Source of the DNA: an uncultured Bacilli bacterium
GTDB lineage: Bacteria > Bacillota_I > Bacilli_A > RF39 > UBA660
DNA: 64,000 nt
Assembly: GCA_944332675.1 (NCBI GenBank)
Contig: CALVKJ010000002.1
Coordinates: 18 to 64,017 of the forward strand
Direction of reading: 5' to 3'
Shown here: in pieces, positions 8,675 through 17,193 of the stretch
Layout: the number at the start of each line of letters is the position of its first letter
Numbering within the stretch: position 1 is the stretch's first letter
The notes under the pieces: generated by a model
What the model saw: the letters and a program-made list of their open reading frames with translations, nothing else
Databases searched by the model: none
What the model was told of the DNA's origin: nothing
Position numbers and translations under genes: made by a program

Positions 8675-9814
8675 TCAATCGTTTTTCACATTTTCTTCAT
8701 CATTTTCAATTTGCACTTCTAAAGTAGTACTAATAATTTTAGTTTTACTCCAAGTTTCATAAAATATTTTTTTGCTAACAGCCAATTTAAAAAAACAAAC
8801 AACATAATAAATAAATATAAATAAACAAAGTAGCAAAACGGAATATACTAGTAAAGTATTACTAAAGTAAGTCAAAATATTTGAACATAGTATTAATACT
8901 AGTAAAGGCATTCCTACATATCCTAAATAGAAAAATAATGTCCTAAGTATCATTTGCATTAGTGTTAACTTTTCACTCTTAGTAGAAACTATTTTAATTT
9001 TCATAAACTTACATCCCAAAGTTTGTCCTTTGAAAAAGTATGGTAATAAAATGAAATATGCTGCAATAAAAATGAGATAATTATAGTTAACTTGGAAATC
9101 AAAGATAATAAATAATATTCCAAATATAAATGTTACAATAAACCAATCGAGCATATAAGCTATACTTCTTCTAACTATTGACACCTTTCGGCCCAATGCT
9201 TTTGCAGTATCATCGATAGTTTCTCTATTTGGTAAAAACTTAAGTAGTAAACTACCAACAAAGTATCCAATTAATCCCCCGCAAGTATTGAGTATCAAAT
9301 CATCAACATCAAACAAACGATATCCTCTCGGATAAATAAAATATAAACCAGTAAGTTGTGTTAATTCAAAAAACAAACTTAATAAAAAAGAATATAGCAC
9401 TGTTTTTTTCAAATTATATTTAAAATAGTAATGTAAATAAGCTCCAAAAGGAATTGTCAATATTAAATTAAATAAAGGTACAATAAATTGATTACTTTTG
9501 ATAGCAGTTAAATATGTAGTAACATCACTTATAACTAAACCACTGTTATTAATAAAATCAGTTATGAAATTAAACGGAATTAATTGCGTTCTTGGAGTAG
9601 TTAATGCGAGGACTTCAGCTCGCGAAGGCAAGGGTAAAATAACTAAAAAATAAGCGGTCAGTAAATATAGTACAAACGAATAAATTATTAAAGCTCTATA
9701 CCAATATACAGATCCATATTTATGATATTCTTTTAAAACATAGGGCATAGTAATTAAAAAAGCAATAAATGGAAATATTATCAAAGCAATTTTTATTATT
9801 GATAAATAGTTCAT
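8675..9814 (-). CDS. VanZ-like / RDD-domain fusion membrane protein
   Basis: The N-terminal half has VanZ-type motifs (PFGAYLHYYF, FDVDDLILNTCGGLIGY). The C-terminal half is RDD-like (RRSIAYMLDWFIV..TLGCKFMKIKIV). Confidence 0.6.
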   Translation of the reverse strand: MNYLSIIKIALIIFPFIAFLITMPYVLKEYHKYGSVYWYRALIIYSFVLYLLTAYFLVILPLPSRAEVLALTTPRTQLIPFNFITDFINNSGLVISDVTTYLTAIKSNQFIVPLFNLILTIPFGAYLHYYFKYNLKKTVLYSFLLSLFFELTQLTGLYFIYPRGYRLFDVDDLILNTCGGLIGYFVGSLLLKFLPNRETIDDTAKALGRKVSIVRRSIAYMLDWFIVTFIFGILFIIFDFQVNYNYLIFIAAYFILLPYFFKGQTLGCKFMKIKIVSTKSEKLTLMQMILRTLFFYLGYVGMPLLVLILCSNILTYFSNTLLVYSVLLLCLFIFIYYVVCFFKLAVSKKIFYETWSKTKIISTTLEVQIENDEENVKND

Positions 9815-9815
9815 T

Positions 9816-10553
9816 CTAATCTTCCTTCTTTAGTTTGTTATTGTTTCCGGTAATTAAAGCTAAATAACCATTTAAGCTATGTAAATCCTTTCGCATAGCA
9901 ACAATTTTATCAGCTCTAGACATAATTCTTCCCTCAATATAAAATGATCTTCTTAAAGAATAGTGTCCAACTTTACCAATTAAAGTTGAAGCTTTCATAA
10001 TTTTTTTATATTTTTCATCTAACAAGTCATATCTATCTTGATTGTTTAATTCTAAATCCGTATCATCAATTGCTCTAACTGGCAATGGATACATATGATG
10101 AATAATTCCATCAATAATTATTAAAGCATTATGACGATCAGAAAAAAATTCTGGAAACCAAGTTATGGCATTAGTAACAGCTTCAATCGGATGAATAAAG
10201 CCATGTTTATTTTTAAATTTTTTATCTTTAGATTTTAAATTATTTTGCCAAGGCTCTTCATATAAATCATGAAACATTGCAATATATATCGCAACATTTA
10301 GGTTAATAAAATCAAATTTTTTTCCTCGTTTTTTAAGTTTCGTTATCAATTTATATGTAACAATAGCATCACATAAAATGTGCTCTCCGATGGTTTTACA
10401 ATCATGATGCCAATAAGGAGCTTTAGTTCTTTTAATGAATTCTTTATGATAACAAATTGGTCTTATTATGTTCCATAGTTTTTTTACATTGTATCCAGTC
10501 AATTTATACTGTTTACAAAAAAACTTGTATTTTTCATAGATTTCTTTTTTCAT
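9816..10553 (-). CDS. HD-domain phosphohydrolase-like protein
   Basis: HHD..GEH and MFHDLYE histidine/aspartate motifs. The internal ATG (M5) has a GAGG RBS; the track start is 10565. Confidence 0.45.
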   Translation of the reverse strand: MKKEIYEKYKFFCKQYKLTGYNVKKLWNIIRPICYHKEFIKRTKAPYWHHDCKTIGEHILCDAIVTYKLITKLKKRGKKFDFINLNVAIYIAMFHDLYEEPWQNNLKSKDKKFKNKHGFIHPIEAVTNAITWFPEFFSDRHNALIIIDGIIHHMYPLPVRAIDDTDLELNNQDRYDLLDEKYKKIMKASTLIGKVGHYSLRRSFYIEGRIMSRADKIVAMRKDLHSLNGYLALITGNNNKLKKED

Positions 10554-10668
10554 AAGATGCCTCATAAAAATTATATTATATAATTGCTTTTATAGCAAAT
10601 CAAATAGTTAATTATCGTTTCTATTCTTGACAGTAATGCATATCTTATATAGAAAGGAGGTTTATAAT

Positions 10669-11607
10669 TTGAACAATTACGAAAGAGCTGTTAAAAAAGT
10701 TCAGTGTGCTGGTGTAAGTGAGCCATGTTGTTGCTGCTTTGGCCCCACCGGTCCGACAGGCCCAGCAGGTCCAGCTACAATTACGGCAGGCTTAACTGTA
10801 ACAACTGCTCCAGGAACCCAAGCTGAAGTAACAAATGTTGGTACTAGTGAAAATGCTGTATTAAGATTTGCAATTCCAGCGGGAGCCACAGGTGCCACAG
10901 GTGCAACTGGTCCGACAGGCCCAACAGGTCCACAAGGAATTGCTGGTACTACTGGTGCCACTGGAGCAACCGGAGCTACAGGCCCAACAGGACCAACAGG
11001 TCCAGCAGGAAATAGTACAACTGGTGCTACAGGTCCAACAGGTCCCACTGGAGCAACTGGAGCCACAGGTCCAACTGGTCCTACAGGAGCCACAGGAGCT
11101 ACTGGACCAACAGGAGCAACTGGAGCTACGGGTCCAACTGGTCCTAGTGTAAATTTAAGCATTGGAACAGTAACTACAGGAGCAACAGCCTCTGCGACTA
11201 TAACGGGTGTTTCACCAAATTTCACTTTAAATTTAGTATTGCCAATTGGTGCCACAGGTGCAACAGGCCCAACCGGAGCATCGGGAGCTACAGGTGCAAC
11301 AGGTCCAACAGGAGCATCAGGAGCTACAGGTGCAACAGGTCCAACAGGAGCATCAGGAGCCACAGGTCCAACAGGCCCAACAGGAGCATCAGGAGCCACA
11401 GGTGCAACAGGTCCAACCGGAGCATCGGGAGCCACGGGTCCAACAGGTCCAACCGGAGCATCGGGAGCCACTGGTCCAACAGGTCCAACAGGAGCATCGG
11501 GAGCCACTGGTCCAACAGGTCCAACAGGAGCATCGGGAGCAACCGGACCAACAGGTCCAACAGGCCCAACAGGAGCAACCGGACCAACAGGTCCAACAGG
11601 CCCATAA
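10669..11607 (+). CDS. collagen-like triple-helix repeat protein (GXT repeats), no globular C-terminal domain
   Basis: Long runs of [22 protein letters not shown] interrupted by a short non-collagen segment ([34 protein letters not shown]). An AAAGGAGG RBS lies 9 nt before an in-frame TTG at 10669; the track start 10627 lacks an RBS. Confidence 0.8.
   Translation: MNNYERAVKKVQCAGVSEPCCCCFGPTGPTGPAGPATITAGLTVTTAPGTQAEVTNVGTSENAVLRFAIPAGATGATGATGPTGPTGPQGIAGTTGATGATGATGPTGPTGPAGNSTTGATGPTGPTGATGATGPTGPTGATGATGPTGATGATGPTGPSVNLSIGTVTTGATASATITGVSPNFTLNLVLPIGATGATGPTGASGATGATGPTGASGATGATGPTGASGATGPTGPTGASGATGATGPTGASGATGPTGPTGASGATGPTGPTGASGATGPTGPTGASGATGPTGPTGPTGATGPTGPTGP
11234..11604. repeat. 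near-identical tandem 9/18/27-nt collagen-coding repeats
   Basis: Repeated GGTCCAACAGGAGCATC(G/A)GGAGC(C/T)AC(A/T/G) units. Locally GC-rich relative to the AT-rich flanks. Confidence 0.85.
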
Positions 11608-11616
11608 TAGGAGAGT

Positions 11617-12699
11617 ATGAAAGATTTAAAAATATGTGTTTATGCTATTTGTAAAAACGAAAGCAAATTTATCAAAAGATGGTTAGAATCAATTAAGGAT
11701 GCAGATTATATCTGTGTCCTTGACACTGGTTCAACTGACAATAGCCTAGATTTATTAAAGGAAGCTGGTGTTATTCTAGGAGAAAAACATTTTGAAAAAT
11801 TCAGATTTGACGAAGCAAGAAATGAATCTTTAAAGTTAATTCCTGAAGATGCTGATGTATGCGTTTGTTTAGATATTGATGAAGTAATTATGCCAGGCTG
11901 GAAAGAAGCAATAAAAAAAGTTTGGCAACCTAATACAACTAGACTACGTTATACATATAATTGGAGCTTAGATGAATTTGATAATCCTAAAGTAAGTTTT
12001 TATCAAGATAAAATTCATAATAAAGACTATATTTGGGTAAATGCTGTTCATGAAATATTAAAATATCTTGGGGAACAAGAAGTTTATGCTCAAAGCGAAG
12101 AATTAATTATTAATCATTATCCCGATCCAACAAAATCACGCGGTTCTTATTTGCCATTATTAGAACTAGCAGTGAGTGAAGATCCTGAAAATGATCGCAA
12201 TATGCATTATTTAGGACGTGAATACATGTATTATGGAAAATGGGAAGATGCAATTAAAACATTAAAGAGGCATTTAAATATGAAAAATGCCACTTGGGCT
12301 GATGAAAGATGTGCATCAATGCGATTTATTGCTAGATGTTACAATAATATGGGAGATTTTATTTCTGCTAAAGTATGGTTTGAAGCAGCAATAAAAGAAG
12401 CTCCGCATTTACGTGATCCATTAGTTGAACTCGCTTTGCTTTATTATCAAAAACAGGATTGGCAAAAAGTAATTCACTATTGTGAGATAGCTCAAAGTAT
12501 TCCTTTAAATTATAAAACATATATTAACGAAGTATTTAGCTTTGACGAAACAATCGACGATTTATTGTCTTTAGCATATTATAATATTGATGATATTCCT
12601 AAAGCGATTGAGCATGCTAATAAAGCATTAACTATTAATCCTAATAACGAAAGAATTAAAAATAATCTAGACTTAATGAAAAAAAGTTCTCAAAATTGA
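11617..12699 (+). CDS. glycosyltransferase family 2 domain fused to TPR repeats
   Basis: N-terminal ICVYAICKNESKFIKRWLESIKDADYICVLDTGSTDNS (GT-A fold, DxD-like LDIDE) and C-terminal TPR-like helices. The start is 10 nt after the collagen gene stop, with a GGAGAG RBS. Confidence 0.75.
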   Translation: MKDLKICVYAICKNESKFIKRWLESIKDADYICVLDTGSTDNSLDLLKEAGVILGEKHFEKFRFDEARNESLKLIPEDADVCVCLDIDEVIMPGWKEAIKKVWQPNTTRLRYTYNWSLDEFDNPKVSFYQDKIHNKDYIWVNAVHEILKYLGEQEVYAQSEELIINHYPDPTKSRGSYLPLLELAVSEDPENDRNMHYLGREYMYYGKWEDAIKTLKRHLNMKNATWADERCASMRFIARCYNNMGDFISAKVWFEAAIKEAPHLRDPLVELALLYYQKQDWQKVIHYCEIAQSIPLNYKTYINEVFSFDETIDDLLSLAYYNIDDIPKAIEHANKALTINPNNERIKNNLDLMKKSSQN

Positions 12700-12769
12700 G
12701 AGCTTTTTTGGTTAAAAAAAAGGAAATTCGTCTTTTAAAGTAAATATATAAGGTGAAAGGAGGTAAAAA

Positions 12770-13111
12770 ATGAAAATGACCGAAAAAGAATTTAAGGAAT
12801 CAATAACTAACAAAGGCAAGAGATTATATGTAGAGTTAGCTCTAAGTGATATGCTAGAGATTGATTTTGATGAAATACATAATAAATTAGTTATTGATGA
12901 TCCTGAAATTGTTCAAGACGAAAATATTCCAATATCTAGTCGACCTTACTGCACTATATTTTCTTTTTCAGAATATATTGTAATTATTTTTAAAAATAAT
13001 TCTTTAGAAGAAAAAGAGGATAGTATTTGTTATAAAATTGTTGAAAATATTTCAAAAAAATATCCTGAAATGAAAGTTTGTTCAATTAATTTTAATGAAT
13101 TCGAAGAATAA
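12770..13111 (+). CDS. hypothetical protein
   Basis: 113-aa ORF with an AAAGGAGG RBS. No motif recognised. Confidence 0.5.
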   Translation: MKMTEKEFKESITNKGKRLYVELALSDMLEIDFDEIHNKLVIDDPEIVQDENIPISSRPYCTIFSFSEYIVIIFKNNSLEEKEDSICYKIVENISKKYPEMKVCSINFNEFEE

Positions 13112-13117
13112 TATGAG

Positions 13118-13152
13118 AAAACTACTAGAGGAAGTGAAATCTAGTAGTTTTT
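13118..13152. terminator. bidirectional terminator between convergent genes
   Basis: AAACTACTAGA-loop-TCTAGTAGTTT hairpin flanked by A and T runs. Confidence 0.65.
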
Positions 13153-13155
13153 AAT

Positions 13156-13941
13156 TTAAAATATTCTGTGAATTGAAACGCAAGCAGAATAATTGTCGTT
13201 TGGCACTAAAGAGAAATCTACTTCGGAAGTATTTATTAATCTATAACTAGTTCCACCTGGTGCATAGAAAATAGCATTACCATTTAAAGTTCCAGTATCA
13301 CAACAAGTTAATTTATTGTGAGTCGAAGAGTGAGCAATTAACTCATCTTGTGGCCAATATTGATGAAATTCAACACCTAGAGTTTTGGGCTCACAATTAT
13401 TTTCGTTACTATTAGCATTACGAGCATTTATCCACCAATGTACATTGTATATTCCTTCTTCAGGGATATAGAAATCTCCAGTTGCATTGTTATAAGTAAT
13501 TTTGTTAGATAAATTAGTAGCTTGGAAAAGCAGTGGATTTTGTGCTAATACAGTGGAATTAGTTTCGTCATGCACCATTGCATAACTATTTAAATTTTCA
13601 CCAGCTGGTCCGGTAGGTCCAGTTGCACCAGTAGCGCCAGTAGGTCCTTGAGGTCCAGTAGCGCCAGTAGGTCCTTGAGGTCCAGTTGCACCAGTAGCAC
13701 CAGTAGGTCCTTGAGGTCCAGTTGCACCGGTAGCACCAGTAGGTCCTTGAGGTCCAGTTGCACCAGTAGCACCAGTAGCTCCTCGAGGTCCTGTAGGCCC
13801 CGTAGGTCCAGTTGGTCCTTTTGGTCCGGTAGGTCCAGTACAATTTTTAGTTAAACACTTGATAACTTCGCAAAGGCAATTATTATCTTTATCACCGGTT
13901 CCATTAGTATTAAAGTTAATGTTTTCTAAACAATTTTCTAT
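13156..13941 (-). CDS. BclA-like collagen-like protein with C-terminal globular (C1q/TNF-like BclA_C-type) domain
   Basis: The frame of ORF 13156..13578 stays open upstream to 13956 and encodes [26 protein letters not shown] repeats; I checked codon by codon and found no stops. The C-terminal 140 aa resembles the BclA C-terminal domain. An AAAGGAGG RBS lies 8 nt before an in-frame ATA at 13939-13941, and there is no in-frame ATG/GTG/TTG start. Confidence 0.7.
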   Translation of the reverse strand: MENCLENINFNTNGTGDKDNNCLCEVIKCLTKNCTGPTGPKGPTGPTGPTGPRGATGATGATGPQGPTGATGATGPQGPTGATGATGPQGPTGATGPQGPTGATGATGPTGPAGENLNSYAMVHDETNSTVLAQNPLLFQATNLSNKITYNNATGDFYIPEEGIYNVHWWINARNANSNENNCEPKTLGVEFHQYWPQDELIAHSSTHNKLTCCDTGTLNGNAIFYAPGGTSYRLINTSEVDFSLVPNDNYSACVSIHRIF

Positions 13942-14077
13942 TTTTCTCGCCTCCTTTCATTAATAGAATATGAGGATTTTGAAAATATGTATATGTGAAT
14001 GTCCAAGCTATCTAATTATTTTTAAGTTAGTAATAAAATTTAGTTGCTATAGTTAATTATTTGTTTGTGATTATATA

Positions 14078-14272
14078 GATAAATTAAAAGAAAATTCAAT
14101 TATTCGAAAAATTCGAATAACTGCTTCTGATGGCAAAGAATATAACACAAATTTCTATAGTTTAAATGCAATATAGAGTTAATTCAAAGGAAGCAATTAG
14201 TTTTAGAATATGGGCAACAAATACATTAAAAGAATATATTAAAAAAGAATATGTTTTAAATACTGAATGATA
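14078..14272 (+). pseudogene. RhuM-family (virulence/Fic-associated) gene remnant
   Basis: Translates to ..IRKIRITASDGKEYNTNFYSLNAI*RVNSKEAISFRIWATNTLKEYIKKEYVLNTE*, matching only the conserved central RhuM block. It has an internal stop and no N- or C-terminal parts. Confidence 0.5.
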
Positions 14273-14294
14273 AAAAAATTCTAGCAATTAAACA

Positions 14295-15083
14295 CTAGAA
14301 TTTTTTAATTAACTTACTTTCAATAAAGATAATTATTTTGTAAAGTATGTAAGAAATAATAATAAGTATTAATATTCCTGCCATAACTAAACTTAGATTA
14401 AATACTTGAGTACCATATATAATTAAATAACCAATTCCTTCTTTACTAACTAGGAATTCTCCCATAATTACTCCAATTAGACTCATTGAAATATTAAGTT
14501 TTAAACTAGAAATAATAGTCTTGTAAGAACTTGGAATAACCAAATGAGTTAATATTTGCGCTTTAGTTGCTCCAAATGATTTTATTAGTTTCATCTTTTT
14601 ATCATCAACATTTACAAAACCATTATAAATTGTAATTATGCTTACTATTAAATTAATAAGCAAAGCCATCACAATTATACTTTTAGTGTTAGCTCCTGCG
14701 ATTATGATAATAAGGGGCCCTAAAGCAACTTTAGGTAAAGAATTAATCATTGTCAAAAATGGATCAACTATTTCCGCAAGTATTGGTATCTCATAGAGAA
14801 TTATAGCTATAATAAATCCTAGTAAAATTCCTAAAACAAAAGCAATTAAAACTTCTTTAAGAGTTGTTAAAATATGATTAAATAAATTATTTTGAGCGAT
14901 AAGCCCCAAAATTGTTTCCCATATTTCACTAGGTTTTGAAAAGACAAATGTATTGATAATATTTTTATTAGCTAAGAATTCCCATAAAGCTAAAAATCCA
15001 ATTACAATTATCACTTGAACTAATATAACAAAGTATTTACGTATCTTTATTTTTTTTAAATACCGTTGTTGCTCTTTAGACAT
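14295..15083 (-). CDS. ABC transporter permease (NitT/TauT, SsuC-like family)
   Basis: Six TM helices and a BPD-type EAA-like loop. Overlaps the ATPase gene by 8 nt. Confidence 0.8.
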   Translation of the reverse strand: MSKEQQRYLKKIKIRKYFVILVQVIIVIGFLALWEFLANKNIINTFVFSKPSEIWETILGLIAQNNLFNHILTTLKEVLIAFVLGILLGFIIAIILYEIPILAEIVDPFLTMINSLPKVALGPLIIIIAGANTKSIIVMALLINLIVSIITIYNGFVNVDDKKMKLIKSFGATKAQILTHLVIPSSYKTIISSLKLNISMSLIGVIMGEFLVSKEGIGYLIIYGTQVFNLSLVMAGILILIIISYILYKIIIFIESKLIKKF

Positions 15084-15819
15084 TTTTATCTAAATCCTTC
15101 CACAATCTATCATACAAATTTGCAAAATTTTTAGCTTTTCTTTTTTCTAGAGGAGTTTCTCCTTCTAAGGATATGTCATAAATACTTTTTATTTTAGCAG
15201 GTCTTTTTGATAAAACGATAATTCTATCTGCTAAACTTAGAGCCTCAGCTATATCATGAGTGATCATTACGACAGTCTTTTTCTCACATTTTATAATGTG
15301 GGCAACATCATTACTGACTGACAACCTTGAAACATAATCTAGAGCTGAAAATGGTTCATCTAAAAATAGAATGTCTGGTCTTGTTGCAAGAGTTCTAATT
15401 AATGCAACTCGTTGGCGCATTCCCCCGGATAATTGGCTAGGGTATTTTTCTAAAAAATCCTTAAGTCCATATTTTTCTAATAACTCTTTAGTATAAGCAA
15501 TGTTTTCTTTTGTTTTTTCATGTCTTATTTCTAGTCCTAATAAAGCATTATCCAAAATATTTAACCAAGGCATCAAAGCATCTTCTTGCAACATATAACC
15601 GATGTTTAAGTTTTCCTTTTTTAATATTTTTCCACTCGACAAATCATCTAAATTAGCAAGTATGTTTAAAAGTGTTGATTTGCCACATCCGCTAGAGCCA
15701 ATAATACATAAAAATTCTTTTTCGTAAACATCAAATGATATATTATCTATTGCAGATATTTCCCCATTTTTAGTATGATACTTTTTACTCAAGTTTTTAA
15801 TTTCTAATAATTTATTCAT
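15076..15819 (-). CDS. ABC transporter ATP-binding protein (SsuB/TauB-like)
   Basis: Walker A GSSGCGKST, signature LSGGMRQR, Walker B ILFLDEPFSALD. Confidence 0.9.
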   Translation of the reverse strand: MNKLLEIKNLSKKYHTKNGEISAIDNISFDVYEKEFLCIIGSSGCGKSTLLNILANLDDLSSGKILKKENLNIGYMLQEDALMPWLNILDNALLGLEIRHEKTKENIAYTKELLEKYGLKDFLEKYPSQLSGGMRQRVALIRTLATRPDILFLDEPFSALDYVSRLSVSNDVAHIIKCEKKTVVMITHDIAEALSLADRIIVLSKRPAKIKSIYDISLEGETPLEKRKAKNFANLYDRLWKDLDKNV

Positions 15820-16807
15820 GATAGAAATTATTAACTAGATCTTCGTATGGAACATACTCATCTATTAAATCAAAATCTATTAAAAAATCTTCTAAGTTAG
15901 TAAATATTTCTTCGCTTACAAATGGATTTTCTAACCAACAATCATATTCTTTATAGCGATCTATCATTAAGGTAAGTTCGGAAACATCTGTATCTGGAAA
16001 TTGTTCAATTATATCTTCAGCAACAATTTTTGAATCATTTTCTAAAGTATATTCTATACCACGAGCTATTGCTTTTGTGAATGCATCAATTACATCACTA
16101 TTTTCTTTAATGTAACTCTTACGGGCATAAAATGCTGTATATGGCACTTCACCACTCATTTCTCCAACACTAGCAACAACTGTACCATAACCTTGTTCTT
16201 CTAAAGAAGTGGCATTAGGTTCAAAAAGATTGACAAAGTCCCCAGTCCCTCCGATAAAAGATCCAGATAATGCTGCAAACTCTACTGAATAATTAATATT
16301 TATTTTATCGATATCTATACCCATATTTTTTAAACCATTCAAGAAATTTAATGCTGGCATTCCTGTGCTTCTTCCAACCAATATTTCTTTACCATACAAC
16401 TCTTCCAATGAAAAATCATCATAATTATCTCTAGCTACAATGAATTGCCCATCTCTTTTAGTAAGACCTGCAAAAATTTGTAAGTAATCTGCTTCATCCT
16501 GATCATAAACATATATTGCTGATTCTGCTCCTGCAAAACCAATTTCTACATCATTTGATAATACTGCAGCACTTACCTTATCAGCTCCGGGAGTTAAAAT
16601 AAGTTCTATTTCTAATCCCTCATCTTCAAAGTAGCCATTTTCTAAAGCAACATAAAGTGGTGTATAAAAAGAACTGTGAGTAACTTCCGCCAAACGGACT
16701 TTGGTAAGTGATGTATCGTCTTTTTTATTAAATACTTTTATTAATATTAAAGAAGCAATTAAAATGATTATAATAATAATTAAAATAATAGTAATTTTCT
16801 TTTTCAA
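15812..16807 (-). CDS. ABC transporter substrate-binding protein (NMT1/THI5-like, SsuA-like), N-terminally anchored
   Basis: N-terminal TM anchor followed by a periplasmic-binding-protein-like domain. First gene of the three-gene operon, with an AGGAGG RBS. Confidence 0.7.
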   Translation of the reverse strand: MKKKITIILIIIIIILIASLILIKVFNKKDDTSLTKVRLAEVTHSSFYTPLYVALENGYFEDEGLEIELILTPGADKVSAAVLSNDVEIGFAGAESAIYVYDQDEADYLQIFAGLTKRDGQFIVARDNYDDFSLEELYGKEILVGRSTGMPALNFLNGLKNMGIDIDKININYSVEFAALSGSFIGGTGDFVNLFEPNATSLEEQGYGTVVASVGEMSGEVPYTAFYARKSYIKENSDVIDAFTKAIARGIEYTLENDSKIVAEDIIEQFPDTDVSELTLMIDRYKEYDCWLENPFVSEEIFTNLEDFLIDFDLIDEYVPYEDLVNNFYHE

Positions 16808-16853
16808 AAAATATTCCTCCTTCTAAAGTAGTATATGAGCCAAGTTTTATTTT

Positions 16854-16878
16854 GGTTATTTTAGTTTTTGTGAAAAAC
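16854..16878. repeat. 25-bp direct repeat, copy 1 (GGTTATTTTAGTTTTTGTGAAAAAC)
   Basis: Identical 25-mer recurs at ~17110-17134. Confidence 0.85.
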
Positions 16879-17110
16879 TGTAAGTTTTTAATACATAAGT
16901 TACAACGTTGGATTAAAAACTTACACTGTGTGTTTCAACACCTTATAGAGTGACTATATGCCGAGAAAACGTAAAATTTTAGGAAGGTTGTGATACACTT
17001 TTTTGTGATTTGCAGTTTTGATACTGCCTTTCTGAAAACTAATCACAACCTGGGTTCATAATATTTTACGGCAAATTGGAATATGTCACGGATCTATTTG
17101 AAACACACAG
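16879..17110 (-). promoter_or_regulatory. highly structured element: 13-bp-stem hairpin plus ~185-nt rod. Candidate leader/attenuator of the ABC operon, ncRNA, or MITE-like insertion
   Basis: Nested inverted repeats: CTGTGTGTTTCAA/TTGAAACACACAG, GTGACTATAT/ATATGTCAC, CGTAAAAT/ATTTTACG, GGTTGTGAT/ATCACAACC. The adjacent hairpin TGTAAGTTTTTAA..TTAAAAACTTACA is followed by GTTTTT only on the minus strand. Confidence 0.35.
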
Positions 17111-17134
17111 GTTATTTTAGTTTTTGTGAAAAAC
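17110..17134. repeat. 25-bp direct repeat, copy 2
   Basis: Identical to 16854-16878. The two copies bracket the structured element. Confidence 0.85.
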
Positions 17135-17138
17135 ATTA

Positions 17139-17167
17139 TTTACAATTTACTTTTTCTTTGCTATAAT
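17139..17167 (+). promoter_or_regulatory. sigma-A-type promoter for the 17194 operon
   Basis: TTTACA-17 nt-TATAAT, about 27 nt upstream of the start codon. Confidence 0.5.
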
Positions 17168-17193
17168 TTATGCAGAATAAAGGGCGTGATTAA

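Noticed and set aside
10701-11620. Four additional long ORFs (10701..11507 -, 10868..11152 +, 11246..11620 +, 11324..11605 -) overlapping the first collagen-like gene
   Set aside because: They are frame and strand shadows of the GC-rich GGN-CCN-ACN triplet repeat, giving poly-PV, poly-QV and poly-L products. Only the GXT frame has an RBS and continues into non-repeat sequence.
13590-13854. ORFs 13590..13772 -, 13598..13843 - and 13648..13854 + over the second collagen repeat
   Set aside because: These are shadow frames of the repeat. The true frame is the one continuous with ORF 13156..13578.
10740-13860. CRISPR array or other spacer-repeat structure
   Set aside because: The periodicity is 9 nt (three codons) with no unique spacers, and it is fully coding. 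No cas genes are present in the window.
13958-13960. ATG upstream of the BclA-like gene as its start codon
   Set aside because: It is out of frame with the collagen ORF, yielding a 36-aa product. It also has no RBS, because the AAAGGAGG lies downstream of it. It is kept only as an alternative under an A5-tract slip.
16879-17110. TPP, guanidine-I (ykkC), lysine, T-box or other known riboswitch upstream of the NMT1/THI5-like ABC operon
   Set aside because: I searched both strands by eye for the core signatures: CUGAGA plus ACCUGAUCUGGAUAAUGCCAGCG, GGGA/ACGG guanidine motifs, the T-box GGGUGGUACCGCG, and L-box elements. None is present. The stems are unusually perfect for a conserved aptamer.
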